Of a stretch of DNA of 62,916 nucleotides, positions 46,337-56,366 are shown one piece after another. Both the position numbers and the translations under genes were made by a program. Each line of letters starts with the position of its first letter. Position 1 is the first letter of the stretch. The notes under the pieces were generated by a model that was given only the letters and a program-made list of their open reading frames with translations, was not told the origin of the DNA and ran no database searches. This DNA is from an uncultured Bacilli bacterium (GTDB lineage: Bacteria > Bacillota_I > Bacilli_A > RF39 > UBA660): contig CALVIC010000004.1 of NCBI GenBank assembly GCA_944329365.1, forward strand, positions 1 through 62,916, written 5' to 3'.

Positions 46337-47545
46337 ATGAACGATGAAGTAGAGTATTTGTTCGATGAAGAAAAAGAGATGAATAGTAAATCTTTAAAGG
46401 TTGATAAGTGTTCAAATACTGAGTCTGCTTTTGATTCTTTAGAGGATGAAAAAAATTCGGAAAGTAATTCTTCAGAGGATAAAAACTTAAAAAAGGATAA
46501 AAAATTTTTTAAAAAGGGTAAATTATGGATGAAGATTTTAGCTTGTTTTGTGATTTTAGGTATTTTAGGTACGTCTAGTTTAGGTTATTTATTATATGGT
46601 CCTTATCCAAGTTTTCGGAACTGGCTTATTACAACAGCTATGACGACAATGAGTCATAAATATTTGGCAACCTGGTTTTACGATGATGAGACGATTGAGG
46701 CTGTTTTACAGGATAATTATGTTGCCGATGGTAATTTGGCGACGGATACTAGTCAGGTTAGTTTCGTAAATTATTCTTCTTCGCATACAATGTATAAGAA
46801 CAAGTATGATAAGGAAGTTTTAACTAAGGATCTAGGTAACGATTTATATAAGAAAATAGATATTAATGAAGATGGACTTCGAGGCTATTTAATTGTGATT
46901 TATGATCCTTCTAAGGTTAAGGTTGCAACCGCAAAAAATATGGGAAAATATGGCGATATGTTGACAAGTATTGCTAAAGATAATAATGCAGTTATTGCAA
47001 TGAATGCAAGTGGTTTTTCTGATCCTAATCAAAGGGGTAATGGAGGAAGTCCACATGGAATGGTAATTCAAAATGGAAATCTCGTATATAATTCGGCAAG
47101 AGCTGATGTTGGAGGTGGAATTATAGGTTTTACTAACGATAATAAGCTTATTTTAGGTCAGATGAGTGCGGAAGAGGCTTTGCAAAATGGAGTTAGAGAT
47201 GCGGTTGAATTTGGACCTTATTTAATTGTCAATGGTGAGCCTTCGTTTATAAAAGGTAATGGGGGCTGGGGAACTGCTCCTAGAAGTGCGATTGCTCAAA
47301 GGCAGGATGGAATTGTGCTATTTTTAGTAATGGATGGCCGTGATTATGCTCATGGTATTGATGGGGCTGATATGGTCGATTTGACCGAAATTTTGATGAA
47401 GTATGGAGCTTATAATGCTGCAAATTTAGATGGTGGAACGTCTAGTGGTTTAGTTATTAATGGTGAGTTTGCAAATAAACCGAGAAATGGTAGTGGTGAA
47501 GCAAAGACAAGGGCAATTCCAAATGCTTGGATTGTAACGGAGTAG
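46337..47545 (+). CDS. phosphodiester glycosidase (DUF2233) family protein, membrane anchored
   Basis: AMNASGF, GPYLIVNGEP, RSAIAQRQDGIVLFLVMDGR, NLDGGTSS. Confidence 0.7.
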   Translation: MNDEVEYLFDEEKEMNSKSLKVDKCSNTESAFDSLEDEKNSESNSSEDKNLKKDKKFFKKGKLWMKILACFVILGILGTSSLGYLLYGPYPSFRNWLITTAMTTMSHKYLATWFYDDETIEAVLQDNYVADGNLATDTSQVSFVNYSSSHTMYKNKYDKEVLTKDLGNDLYKKIDINEDGLRGYLIVIYDPSKVKVATAKNMGKYGDMLTSIAKDNNAVIAMNASGFSDPNQRGNGGSPHGMVIQNGNLVYNSARADVGGGIIGFTNDNKLILGQMSAEEALQNGVRDAVEFGPYLIVNGEPSFIKGNGGWGTAPRSAIAQRQDGIVLFLVMDGRDYAHGIDGADMVDLTEILMKYGAYNAANLDGGTSSGLVINGEFANKPRNGSGEAKTRAIPNAWIVTE

Positions 47546-47600
47546 AGTTTTATAGTTTGCAAGTTTATGAGTATAATAAAAATAGAGGTGAAAGTTACAA

Positions 47601-48659
47601 GTGGCTAAAAGAAGAGGAAAGAAAAAGAAGTCAAGATGGCTTATAGTTATGGTTTTACTTGGTTTGATAGGGGCCGGATGTTATTATATTTATAATAATC
47701 AAGAGGTTTTAGATGATATTAAAGATAAGTCGCCTGAGGTAAAAAAGTTACAGATTGTCGATGAGAATTCAAAGACGAGGCCGATTGCGATTATGATAAA
47801 TAACAATCATGAGGCATGGCCACATGCCGGTCTTCAAGATGCCTATATTACTTATGAGATACTTGCCGAGGGCGGGATTACGAGGATGATGGCAATTTTT
47901 AAGGACCAAGATACGACAAAGATTGGTTCAGTGAGGAGTGCGAGACCATATTATTTAGATTATGCACTTGAGAATGATGCGATATATGTTCATTATGGTT
48001 GGAGCGATCAGGCAAAGGCAGATATTGCGTCACTTGATATCGACAATATAAATGGTTTAACTGTTTCTTCAGTGTTTTGGAGAGATAAGTCGCTTAATAA
48101 GGCAACTGAGCATACGGTGTTTACAAGTATGGACAGAATAAAAGAATATGCTAAGGAACAAGGCTACGATAGGGATACTAATAAGGATTTACTTTTAAAT
48201 TATAGTGCCGATGAGGTCAGTTTGAAAAATAAGGAAGGTTCAATGCCAGCTGATAATGTTTATATGAAGTATTCTTATTATACGGATACTAGTTATGAAT
48301 ATGATTCAGAAAACAAAGTTTATTTAAGAAGTATGTCAGGTGAACCTCATGTCGATGCGGTAACTGGTGAACAGTATACTTATAAGAATATTATAATTAC
48401 GCCAATTGAAAGTCATGCTTATGATTCTTATGGTAGACTTAAGCTTGATAATATTGGTTCAGGTGATGGCTATTATATAACGAATGGTTATGCTGTGCCG
48501 ATAAAATGGGAGAAATCTAGTAGAAGTAGTCAAACAGTTTACACGGATTTGAGTGGAAATGAGATAAAAGTTAATGATGGAAATACTTTTATTCAAATAA
48601 CACCAATCGGTGAAGATATTGAAATTACTGGCAATTCAGATGAAAGTGAGGCAGATTAA
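47601..48659 (+). CDS. DUF3048-family protein, membrane anchored
   Basis: PIAIMINNNHEAWPHAGLQDAYITYEILAEGGITRMMAIF. GTG start with RBS AGAGGTGA. Confidence 0.65.
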   Translation: MAKRRGKKKKSRWLIVMVLLGLIGAGCYYIYNNQEVLDDIKDKSPEVKKLQIVDENSKTRPIAIMINNNHEAWPHAGLQDAYITYEILAEGGITRMMAIFKDQDTTKIGSVRSARPYYLDYALENDAIYVHYGWSDQAKADIASLDIDNINGLTVSSVFWRDKSLNKATEHTVFTSMDRIKEYAKEQGYDRDTNKDLLLNYSADEVSLKNKEGSMPADNVYMKYSYYTDTSYEYDSENKVYLRSMSGEPHVDAVTGEQYTYKNIIITPIESHAYDSYGRLKLDNIGSGDGYYITNGYAVPIKWEKSSRSSQTVYTDLSGNEIKVNDGNTFIQITPIGEDIEITGNSDESEAD

Positions 48660-48718
48660 GTGAATTTGATATTAAACTTTGAATATGCTATAATGTTGAT
48701 GTTTGAGGTGAGTAAGAA

Positions 48719-49228
48719 ATGAGTATTAAAGACCCTGAATATAAGCTTATAGTTAAGGATATTTTAGAAAACGAAGAGTTTTTAAAACTTAAAGATATAG
48801 AACATCATGGAACGACACGTTATATTCATTCGACAAAGGTTTCTTATATTTCATATAAGATTGCGAAAGTTTTAAGACTTGATTATGAAAAGACAGCTCG
48901 CGGAGGACTTATGCATGATTTCTTCTTTAGTCCAGAGCATAGATGTGCAAAGGAAAGGTCTATTTCTTTCTTTGCTCATCCACCAAAGGCTTTAGCTTTA
49001 GCAAAATCTCAGTTTAACTTAAGCAAAAAGGAAGAGGATATGATTTTATCTCATATGTTTCCTTCTTATCCAGCTTTACCTAAATATTTAGAAACTTGGA
49101 TTATCAGTTTTGTCGATAAAGGGGTAGCTATTCAAGAATTTTCAGTTAAATTTTCAACGCAATTTAAATTTAAACTTAAATATGCATATAATTTATTTTT
49201 GATATTTGCGATTGGAATTATTAAGTAA
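48719..49228 (+). CDS. HD-domain phosphohydrolase-like protein
   Basis: HHGTTRYIHS...GGLMHDFF (H...HD pattern), C-terminal hydrophobic tail. Confidence 0.65.
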   Translation: MSIKDPEYKLIVKDILENEEFLKLKDIEHHGTTRYIHSTKVSYISYKIAKVLRLDYEKTARGGLMHDFFFSPEHRCAKERSISFFAHPPKALALAKSQFNLSKKEEDMILSHMFPSYPALPKYLETWIISFVDKGVAIQEFSVKFSTQFKFKLKYAYNLFLIFAIGIIK

Positions 49229-49235
49229 AAAAGTG

Positions 49236-49258
49236 ACTAACATTGTTAGTTATTTTTT
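49236..49258 (+). terminator. rho-independent terminator
   Basis: Stem ACTAAC / GTTAGT with a 3-nt loop, then TATTTTTT. Confidence 0.5.
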
Positions 49259-49314
49259 GTATTAGGTAGATTTTTACATAAAAAAACGGCTCGCTGGCCG
49301 GTTACAATCATAAA

Positions 49315-49391
<77 letters not shown>

Positions 49392-49551
49392 AACATATAC
49401 ATTATAACAAAAAATTGGCAAGATATAAAGGGGTTGATTTTAAAATAGGATAATTATGTTATTCGTTACTTGTAAAATTATTTTTTTTATGGTATTTTGG
49501 ATATATTGATATCTTTTATAAAATAGCCAGATGGTAGATTGGAGTGATTTT

Positions 49552-49851
49552 ATGAATTTAAAAAAAGTACAAAAAGAAGTATGGGAAAATAAAGTTAATA
49601 AAGGTTTTAATACAACGAATGTGGAATTAGAGTTTTGCTTATTATATGGAGAAGTTGCGGAAGCATTTGATGCATATAGAAAGAAAAAAGATGACTTAAA
49701 CGAAGAACTTGCCGATATTGCAATTTATTTACTTGGAATTTCAGAGATGCTAGGATATGATTTAGAAGATGAAATTGTTAAAAAAGTATCAAAGAATAAA
49801 AAACGAGTTTATAAAAAAATAGATGGGGTAAACGTTAGAGTAAGTGATTAA
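49552..49851 (+). CDS. MazG-like nucleoside triphosphate pyrophosphohydrolase (small all-alpha type)
   Basis: LLYGEVAEAFDAYRKKK...EELADIAIYLLGISEMLGYDLEDEIVKKVSKNKKR. I chose the ATG at 49552 with RBS GGAGTG. Confidence 0.75.
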   Translation: MNLKKVQKEVWENKVNKGFNTTNVELEFCLLYGEVAEAFDAYRKKKDDLNEELADIAIYLLGISEMLGYDLEDEIVKKVSKNKKRVYKKIDGVNVRVSD

Positions 49852-49860
49852 TTTTTTAGT

Positions 49861-49891
49861 AAAACTTCATATTCTGAGGTTTTATTTTTTT
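49861..49891 (+). terminator. terminator or attenuator hairpin between mazG-like and the ABC-F gene
   Basis: Stem AAAACTTC / GAGGTTTT (one G-T pair), then TTTTATTTTTTT. It ends ~25 nt before the ABC-F start codon. Confidence 0.55.
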
Positions 49892-49914
49892 AATTAAATA
49901 AGGAGTGATGAAGT

Positions 49915-51519
49915 ATGATTGAGATAAATATTAATAAGGCTAAAAGAAATTTTGGTTTTAAAAAAGTTTTGAATGGTTTTGATTTTGAAGCAAATACGGG
50001 AGATAGAATAGGTTTGATTGGACCGAATGGATGCGGGAAGACAACATTATTTAAAATAATTGCAGGAGAAGAGAAGTTAGATTCAGGGACTATTTCGGTT
50101 AGAAAAGGAGCAAGTGCCGGGTTACTTTCACAAATTCCACCTAAAGTTTCTGACGATTTGCTTGTTAAAGATGTTTTGCTTAAAAACTTTGAGAAGGTAT
50201 TTAATATTGAAAAAAAGATGCGAGAGGATGAAAAGAATTTTGCCAATCTTTCATCTAAAGAGTTAGATAAGGCACTTAAAAGTTATGGAAGATTACAAGA
50301 TGAGTTTCAAGCTTTAGGAGGATATGAAATAGGTGAAAAGATAAGTAGAGTGTGTTGTGGTTTTAAGATATCTGATGATATGTTAAACCGAAGCATTAAT
50401 TTTTTATCTGGTGGTGAGAAGACTATAGTTTCATTAGCTTCACTTGTCCTTAGAAATCCTGATATTTTACTTTTAGATGAACCAACTAATCATTTAGATA
50501 TTGAAACTTTAGAGTGGTTTGAAAAGTTTTTAGGAAATTATAAAGGAACGATTGTGATAAGTTCACATGATAGGTATTTTTTAGATAAAGTGGTGACTAA
50601 GATTGTCTTCATTGATAAGGGAAAAGCGGATATTTATAATGGAAATTATTCTTATTATTTAAAGGAGAGTGAAAGAAGAACTTTAGCTGAGTTTGAAAGT
50701 TATAAGAGTCAGCAGAAACAAATAGAGGCAATGAGGGCAGCAATTAAAAGGCTTAGACAGTGGGGAACGGAAGGTGATAATCCGATTTTCTTTAGAAGAG
50801 CAGCTAATATTGAAAGAAGAATTGAAAGAATGGAAATGATTGATAAGCCTGATAGTAAAAAGAAGATTCCTTTAAGCTTTGAAATAGACGATAGATCTGG
50901 GAAAGATGTTTTAAAGATAGATAAGATAGATTTAAGTGCGGGTAAACGAGAGCTTTTAAAAGGTGCGTCTATGAGTTTAAAATATGGTGAAAAGGTTTGC
51001 TTGATGGGAAAAAATGGTTCTGGTAAATCTACTTTAGTTAAGGCAATTTTGAATTTAAGTGATGATAAGATTAAAATAGGTGCGCAAGTTTCTATCGGTT
51101 ATATTCCGCAAGAGATTCGTTTTGAGAATGATGAGGCGACTATTTTAGAGGTTTCAAGAAAGGTTTTTGATGGTGATGAGACGCATCTTCGTTCTGCTCT
51201 TTCTAAATTTATGTTTTATGGGGAGAGCGTGTTTAAAAAAGTAGGCAATTTATCTGGTGGTGAAAAGGTAAGACTTAAGTTATTTGAACTTTTGCAAAAG
51301 AAGGCTAATTTTTTGATATTAGATGAGCCAACTAATCATATTGATATTGATACAAGAGAGATACTTGAGGATGCTTTAGCAGAATATAAAGGTACTTTAT
51401 TATTTGTTTCGCATGATAGGTATTTTATTAATAAGCTAGCTAAGAGAATAGTTTGCTTTGAGAATAAAAAATTAGTTTCATATTTAGGAAATTATGATGA
51501 TTACAAGGAGCATAGATAA
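49915..51519 (+). CDS. ABC-F family ATPase (two NBDs, no TMD; translation factor or ribosome-protection type)
   Basis: Two Walker A sites (GPNGCGKTT, GKNGSGKST) and two signatures (LSGGEKT, LSGGEKV), with an interdomain linker of ~60 aa. Confidence 0.85.
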   Translation: MIEININKAKRNFGFKKVLNGFDFEANTGDRIGLIGPNGCGKTTLFKIIAGEEKLDSGTISVRKGASAGLLSQIPPKVSDDLLVKDVLLKNFEKVFNIEKKMREDEKNFANLSSKELDKALKSYGRLQDEFQALGGYEIGEKISRVCCGFKISDDMLNRSINFLSGGEKTIVSLASLVLRNPDILLLDEPTNHLDIETLEWFEKFLGNYKGTIVISSHDRYFLDKVVTKIVFIDKGKADIYNGNYSYYLKESERRTLAEFESYKSQQKQIEAMRAAIKRLRQWGTEGDNPIFFRRAANIERRIERMEMIDKPDSKKKIPLSFEIDDRSGKDVLKIDKIDLSAGKRELLKGASMSLKYGEKVCLMGKNGSGKSTLVKAILNLSDDKIKIGAQVSIGYIPQEIRFENDEATILEVSRKVFDGDETHLRSALSKFMFYGESVFKKVGNLSGGEKVRLKLFELLQKKANFLILDEPTNHIDIDTREILEDALAEYKGTLLFVSHDRYFINKLAKRIVCFENKKLVSYLGNYDDYKEHR

Positions 51520-51627
51520 TATTTATTTATTTATTTTATTTAGTGTATTTTAAATATTACCGCCGATAAAGAAAAATAAGAACTTAGACAAATGTTAAAG
51601 ACTTTAAAAAAAATAATTGTAAGGGCA

Positions 51628-51656
51628 TTGACAATTATTTTTTTGTGTAATAAAAT
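51628..51656 (+). promoter_or_regulatory. consensus sigma-A promoter
   Basis: TTGACA (51628-51633), 17-nt spacer, TAAAAT (51651-51656). Confidence 0.65.
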
Positions 51657-51693
51657 GTACTACGGTGATGAGGTAAAGAGTGAGGTGATATAG

Positions 51694-52149
51694 GTGGAAT
51701 CGGGAATTTTTTTTGAATTAAAAAAGCTTGAACAGGAGATTTTTCGGACGTTTTTTAATTTGGATGATGTCAGTAAAATGAAAAGACCTTCACCAACACA
51801 AATGAGAATTATCGCTTACATGTTGAACCACAAAGATACAGATGTTTATCAAAGAGATTTAGAGGGAGTGTTAAATCTTCGGAGGGCAACAGTATCTGAG
51901 GTTTTGCGAACGATGGAGAAGAATGGTCTTATTTCGAGGGTTATTAGTGAGAGTGACACGAGAATTAAAAAAATTATTTTAAATAAGAAAACAGATGAGA
52001 TTTTTCAGCGTAAGAGAAAGACATTTGAAGAAATTGAAAAATCTTTAGAAAAAAACATTTCTGAACAGGATTTAAATAATTTTAAAAAAGTAATTAAGCA
52101 AATGATTAGTAATATTGAATATATTAAAGAGGAAAGGAAGAGAGTATGA
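51694..52149 (+). CDS. MarR-family transcriptional regulator
   Basis: wHTH region QRDLEGVLNLRRATVSEVLRTMEKNGLISR. GTG start with RBS GAGGTGA. Confidence 0.8.
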   Translation: MESGIFFELKKLEQEIFRTFFNLDDVSKMKRPSPTQMRIIAYMLNHKDTDVYQRDLEGVLNLRRATVSEVLRTMEKNGLISRVISESDTRIKKIILNKKTDEIFQRKRKTFEEIEKSLEKNISEQDLNNFKKVIKQMISNIEYIKEERKRV

Positions 52150-53906
52150 TAGAGTTATTAAAGAGATTAGATAAAAAAGATATTATATATGCAATTATAT
52201 GTATTGTTTTTATTGTACTGCATGTTTGGCTCGATTTAAAAATGCCGGATTATATGTCAGAAATAACTGTTTTAGTTCAAACTGAAGGCAGTAAGATGCA
52301 AGATATTTTAATAAATGGTGGGTACATGGTTTTATGTGCTTTAGGTAGTTTTGCATTTGCAGTTATTGCTGGTTATTTAGCTGCAACTATTTCTTCTAAT
52401 TTCTCAAAGAATTTAAGAAAAGAGATTTTTGATAAAGTTGAGAGTATCGATACAGAAGAAGTAAAGCAATTTTCAACTAGTAGTTTAATTACAAGAACCA
52501 CTAATGATGTTACTCAAGTTGAAATGCTTATCGCAATTGGACTTCAGCTTTTAATTAAGGCACCAATTACGGCGGTTTGGGCGGTTACAAAGATTTTAAA
52601 TAAGAGCTGGCAATGGAGTGCTTTAACAGGTGTTGCTGTAGTTATTTTACTTTCTGTAATTATTACTCTTATGATAATTGTTATTCCAAGATTTAAAAGG
52701 GTTCAAAAGCTTATCGATAAGTTAAATGGAGTTACAAGAGAAAATTTAACTGGTATTAGAGTTGTTAGGGCTTTTAATGCGGAAGATTATCAAGAAGAGA
52801 AGTTTAACAAAGTAAATACAGATTTAACAGATTTACAACTTTATAATCAAAAGAAATTTGCAATTATGTCACCGGTTATGTACATGATAATGTACTGTCT
52901 TACTTTGGCTATTTATTTTGTTGGAGCTTATTTAATTGAAAATTCAGTAATGGCTGATAAGATAGAGATATTTGGTAATATGGTTGTATTTAGTTCTTAT
53001 GCAATGCAAGTTATTATGTCTTTTTTAATGCTTGCGATGATATTTATGATTTTACCTCGTGCGCAAGTTTCGGCTAATCGTATTAATGAGGTTTTAGATA
53101 CGAAGGAATCTATTAAAGAGGGAAGTTTTGATGGAAAAACTGAAGAAGTTGGAACTGTCGAATTTAAGAATGTTTCATTTAGATATCCCGATGCGGATGA
53201 ATATTTACTTAGAAATATTTCATTTAAGGCAAATAAAGGAGAAACTGTGGCCTTTATTGGATCAACTGGTAGTGGTAAGAGTACTTTGATTAATTTAATT
53301 CCGAGATTTTACGACGCAACTGATGGTGAGGTTTTAGTTGATGGAGTTAATGTTAAAGAGTATACTGAGGAGGCTTTAAATAATAAGCTTGGATATGTAC
53401 CACAAAAGGCCGTTATGTTTAATGGAACTGTTAATTATAATATTGCTTATGGCGATAATGGAAAAGGCGAGATAAGCGAGAAGAAGATAAAAGAGGCAGC
53501 TAATGTTGCTCAAGCTTCTGAGTTTGTTGAGAAAATGGACGATAAGTATGAGACTCACATTGCGCAAGGTGGTACTAATGTATCTGGTGGTCAGAAACAA
53601 AGGCTTGCTATTGCTAGAGCAATCGCTAGAGATCCAGAAATTTATATTTTTGACGATTCTTTTTCAGCTTTGGATTATAAGACTGATTCTGTGTTAAGAC
53701 GTGAACTTAAAAATTATACTAAAGATGCGACTAGTTTAATCGTTGCTCAGAGAATTGGAACGATTATGAACGCTGATAAGATTATAGTTTTAGATAGTGG
53801 TAAATGCGTAGGTATGGGAACCCATAGGGAGCTTCTAAAGAATTGTGAGGTTTATAAAAAAATAGCTTTATCACAACTTTCAAAGGAGGAATTGGAACGT
53901 GAATAA
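52146..53906 (+). CDS. ABC exporter half-transporter (TMD-NBD), subunit 1 of a heterodimer
   Basis: Six TM helices, then GSTGSGKST, VSGGQKQR, IYIFDDSFSALD. Start overlaps the marR stop. Confidence 0.9.
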   Translation: MIELLKRLDKKDIIYAIICIVFIVLHVWLDLKMPDYMSEITVLVQTEGSKMQDILINGGYMVLCALGSFAFAVIAGYLAATISSNFSKNLRKEIFDKVESIDTEEVKQFSTSSLITRTTNDVTQVEMLIAIGLQLLIKAPITAVWAVTKILNKSWQWSALTGVAVVILLSVIITLMIIVIPRFKRVQKLIDKLNGVTRENLTGIRVVRAFNAEDYQEEKFNKVNTDLTDLQLYNQKKFAIMSPVMYMIMYCLTLAIYFVGAYLIENSVMADKIEIFGNMVVFSSYAMQVIMSFLMLAMIFMILPRAQVSANRINEVLDTKESIKEGSFDGKTEEVGTVEFKNVSFRYPDADEYLLRNISFKANKGETVAFIGSTGSGKSTLINLIPRFYDATDGEVLVDGVNVKEYTEEALNNKLGYVPQKAVMFNGTVNYNIAYGDNGKGEISEKKIKEAANVAQASEFVEKMDDKYETHIAQGGTNVSGGQKQRLAIARAIARDPEIYIFDDSFSALDYKTDSVLRRELKNYTKDATSLIVAQRIGTIMNADKIIVLDSGKCVGMGTHRELLKNCEVYKKIALSQLSKEELERE

Positions 53907-56238
53907 TAATGCAAAAAGTACTCCTAAACATGGTCCTGGGGCAAATATGAACGCACCAGAGCACGCAAAAGATTTTAAAGGAGCAATTAAAAGATTAGTA
54001 AAAGAACTTGATAGATATAAGGCTTTAGTTATTATAGCTTTTGTTTTAGCGATACTTGGTTCAGTTATTTCAATTTTAGCTCCTGATAAATTATCAGAAC
54101 TTACTGATGAGATTTCTGAAGGCTTAGTTATCAATCAAGAAAATATGAAAAAACTTTCAACGACAGTGGAGAAAAGTGTTTCTGAAGATAAATTAAGTAA
54201 AGTCATACCAGAAATGTTAGATATTAATTTATCTAGTGAAAGTATGACTTCTGTTTTGAGTAATCCTTCTATTAAGGCAAAAGATAAAAGTGCGTTTAGA
54301 GAATTTACGAGTAAACTTCAAAGTATGGATGAAAGCGAAATAAGTGAAGAGATGGCAAAATTACCGGAGTCTGTTTTGAAAGTCATTTTGCCAGAATCTA
54401 CTTACGAAGGAGTAAAAATCAGTACGGATGATAAGATTGCTTTACTTAAGATGGATAAAGATAATTTAAATTTACCAAAGAGTGTTCAAAATGTTTTGTT
54501 TGATGAAATAACAATTGATGGGGTTAAAATTTCTCCTCATGATCAATACGAATTTGCAGTAACGTTAAGTAGTTTGGATAAAGATGCAGATTCAACTGAA
54601 CTTTATAAGAAGTTAGATACTTTACCGGAAGATGTTAAAGAAGTTATTGAACCGATGATGAATTTCAAGGCTATTAAAGGAATTGCTTTATTCTTACTAA
54701 TAATGTATTTATGTAGTGCGTCATTTACTTATATTCAAGCAATTTGTATGACGTATGTTTCGATTAAATTTTCAAAGAATTTAAGAAGCAGGATTTCTAC
54801 TAAGATAAACAAGTTGCCACTTAAATATTTTGATAAACATTTCACTGGAGATGTTTTGTCAAGGGTAACTAACGATGTTGATATGATCGGTCAAACTATG
54901 CATCAATCTTTATCAACTTTAGTTAGTAGTATAACTTTATTTGTTGGAACTTTAATCATGATGTTTGTGACTAACTGGATTTTGGCATTAACGGCAATTG
55001 TTGCAAGTTTAGTTGGTTTTGCGGGAATGTTTCTTATTTTATCTAAATCACAAGGTTATTTTGTGGCTAGACAAGAGGAACTTGGTAATTTGAATGGTCA
55101 TATTGAAGAGATTTATTCAGGTTTAAATGTTGTTAAGGCTTATAATGGTAAGGAAGATTCTGATAAGAAATTCGACGTTTATAATCAAAGAGTATGTGAT
55201 GCAAATAGAAAGAGTCAATTCTTATCTGGAATGATGCAACCACTTATGATGTTCATTGGTAACTTTGGATATGTGGCAGTATGTATTGTTGGGGCATTAC
55301 TAACAATGAATGGGACAATTACGTTTGGAGTTATTGTGGCATTTATAACTTATGTTAGATTATTTACTTCACCACTTGGTCAAATCGCGCAAGCTTTAAA
55401 TTCACTTCAATCAACAGCAGCTGCTTCTGAGAGAGTATTTGAATTTATCGATGAAGAAGAGATGAGTGATGAAAGTAATATTACTAGATTACTTAATAAA
55501 GATGAGGTTCGCGGTGAAATAGAGTTTGATCATGTTACATTTAAGTACGATGGTAATGATAAACCAACGATTAAAGACTTTACAGCCCAGGCTTTACCTG
55601 GTCAAAAGATTGCGATTGTCGGACCGACTGGAGCCGGTAAGACGACGATGGTTAATTTACTTATGAAGTTTTATGAAATAAATGGTGGAGATATTAAAAT
55701 AGATGGAGTTTCTACTAAGAAACTTTCTAGAAAAAATATTCACGATTTATTTACAATGGTTTTGCAAGATACGTGGTTATTTAACGGAACGGTAATGGAA
55801 AATATTGTCTATAATAGAGAAAATGTTTCGAAAGCTGAAGTAGTTGAAGTTTGTAAAGAGGTTGGTTTAAATCACTTTATAAGAACGTTACCTAAGGGTT
55901 ATGACACAGTTTTATCTGATAACGATAGCGTGTCTGCAGGACAAAGACAATTACTTACGATTGCTAGAGGCATGATTCAAAAGACATCATTCCTTATTTT
56001 AGATGAAGCGACGAGTAATGTCGATACAAGAACTGAGGAACTTGTACAAGAGGCAATGGATAAGCTTACGGAAGGTAGAACTTCATTTATAATTGCTCAC
56101 AGACTTTCAACAATTAAAAACGCTGATTTAATTTTAGTTATGAAAGACGGAAATATAATAGAGCAAGGTAATCATGACGAGCTTATGGCTAAAGGTGGTT
56201 TTTATGCCGATTTGTACAATTCACAGTTTGAATTATAA
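53899..56238 (+). CDS. ABC exporter half-transporter, subunit 2, with a ~190-aa insert between TM1 and TM2
   Basis: GPTGAGKTT, VSAGQRQL, FLILDEATSNVD. At 779 aa it is ~190 aa longer than its 586-aa partner subunit in this window, and the extra segment lies after TM1. Confidence 0.85.
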   Translation: MNNNAKSTPKHGPGANMNAPEHAKDFKGAIKRLVKELDRYKALVIIAFVLAILGSVISILAPDKLSELTDEISEGLVINQENMKKLSTTVEKSVSEDKLSKVIPEMLDINLSSESMTSVLSNPSIKAKDKSAFREFTSKLQSMDESEISEEMAKLPESVLKVILPESTYEGVKISTDDKIALLKMDKDNLNLPKSVQNVLFDEITIDGVKISPHDQYEFAVTLSSLDKDADSTELYKKLDTLPEDVKEVIEPMMNFKAIKGIALFLLIMYLCSASFTYIQAICMTYVSIKFSKNLRSRISTKINKLPLKYFDKHFTGDVLSRVTNDVDMIGQTMHQSLSTLVSSITLFVGTLIMMFVTNWILALTAIVASLVGFAGMFLILSKSQGYFVARQEELGNLNGHIEEIYSGLNVVKAYNGKEDSDKKFDVYNQRVCDANRKSQFLSGMMQPLMMFIGNFGYVAVCIVGALLTMNGTITFGVIVAFITYVRLFTSPLGQIAQALNSLQSTAAASERVFEFIDEEEMSDESNITRLLNKDEVRGEIEFDHVTFKYDGNDKPTIKDFTAQALPGQKIAIVGPTGAGKTTMVNLLMKFYEINGGDIKIDGVSTKKLSRKNIHDLFTMVLQDTWLFNGTVMENIVYNRENVSKAEVVEVCKEVGLNHFIRTLPKGYDTVLSDNDSVSAGQRQLLTIARGMIQKTSFLILDEATSNVDTRTEELVQEAMDKLTEGRTSFIIAHRLSTIKNADLILVMKDGNIIEQGNHDELMAKGGFYADLYNSQFEL

Positions 56239-56261
56239 AAGAAGAATTTTCTTCTTTTTTT
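56238..56261 (+). terminator. rho-independent terminator
   Basis: Stem AAAGAAG / CTTCTTT with loop AATTTT, then TTTTT. Confidence 0.65.
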
Positions 56262-56366
56262 GGTTAAAAGTGTGATATAATGATAATAAGTCTTACTATA
56301 GAAATTGCTGAGAAGAAATTTGCAATCATAATAACGGTAAGAAATTAATAACCAAGGAGGGGTATT

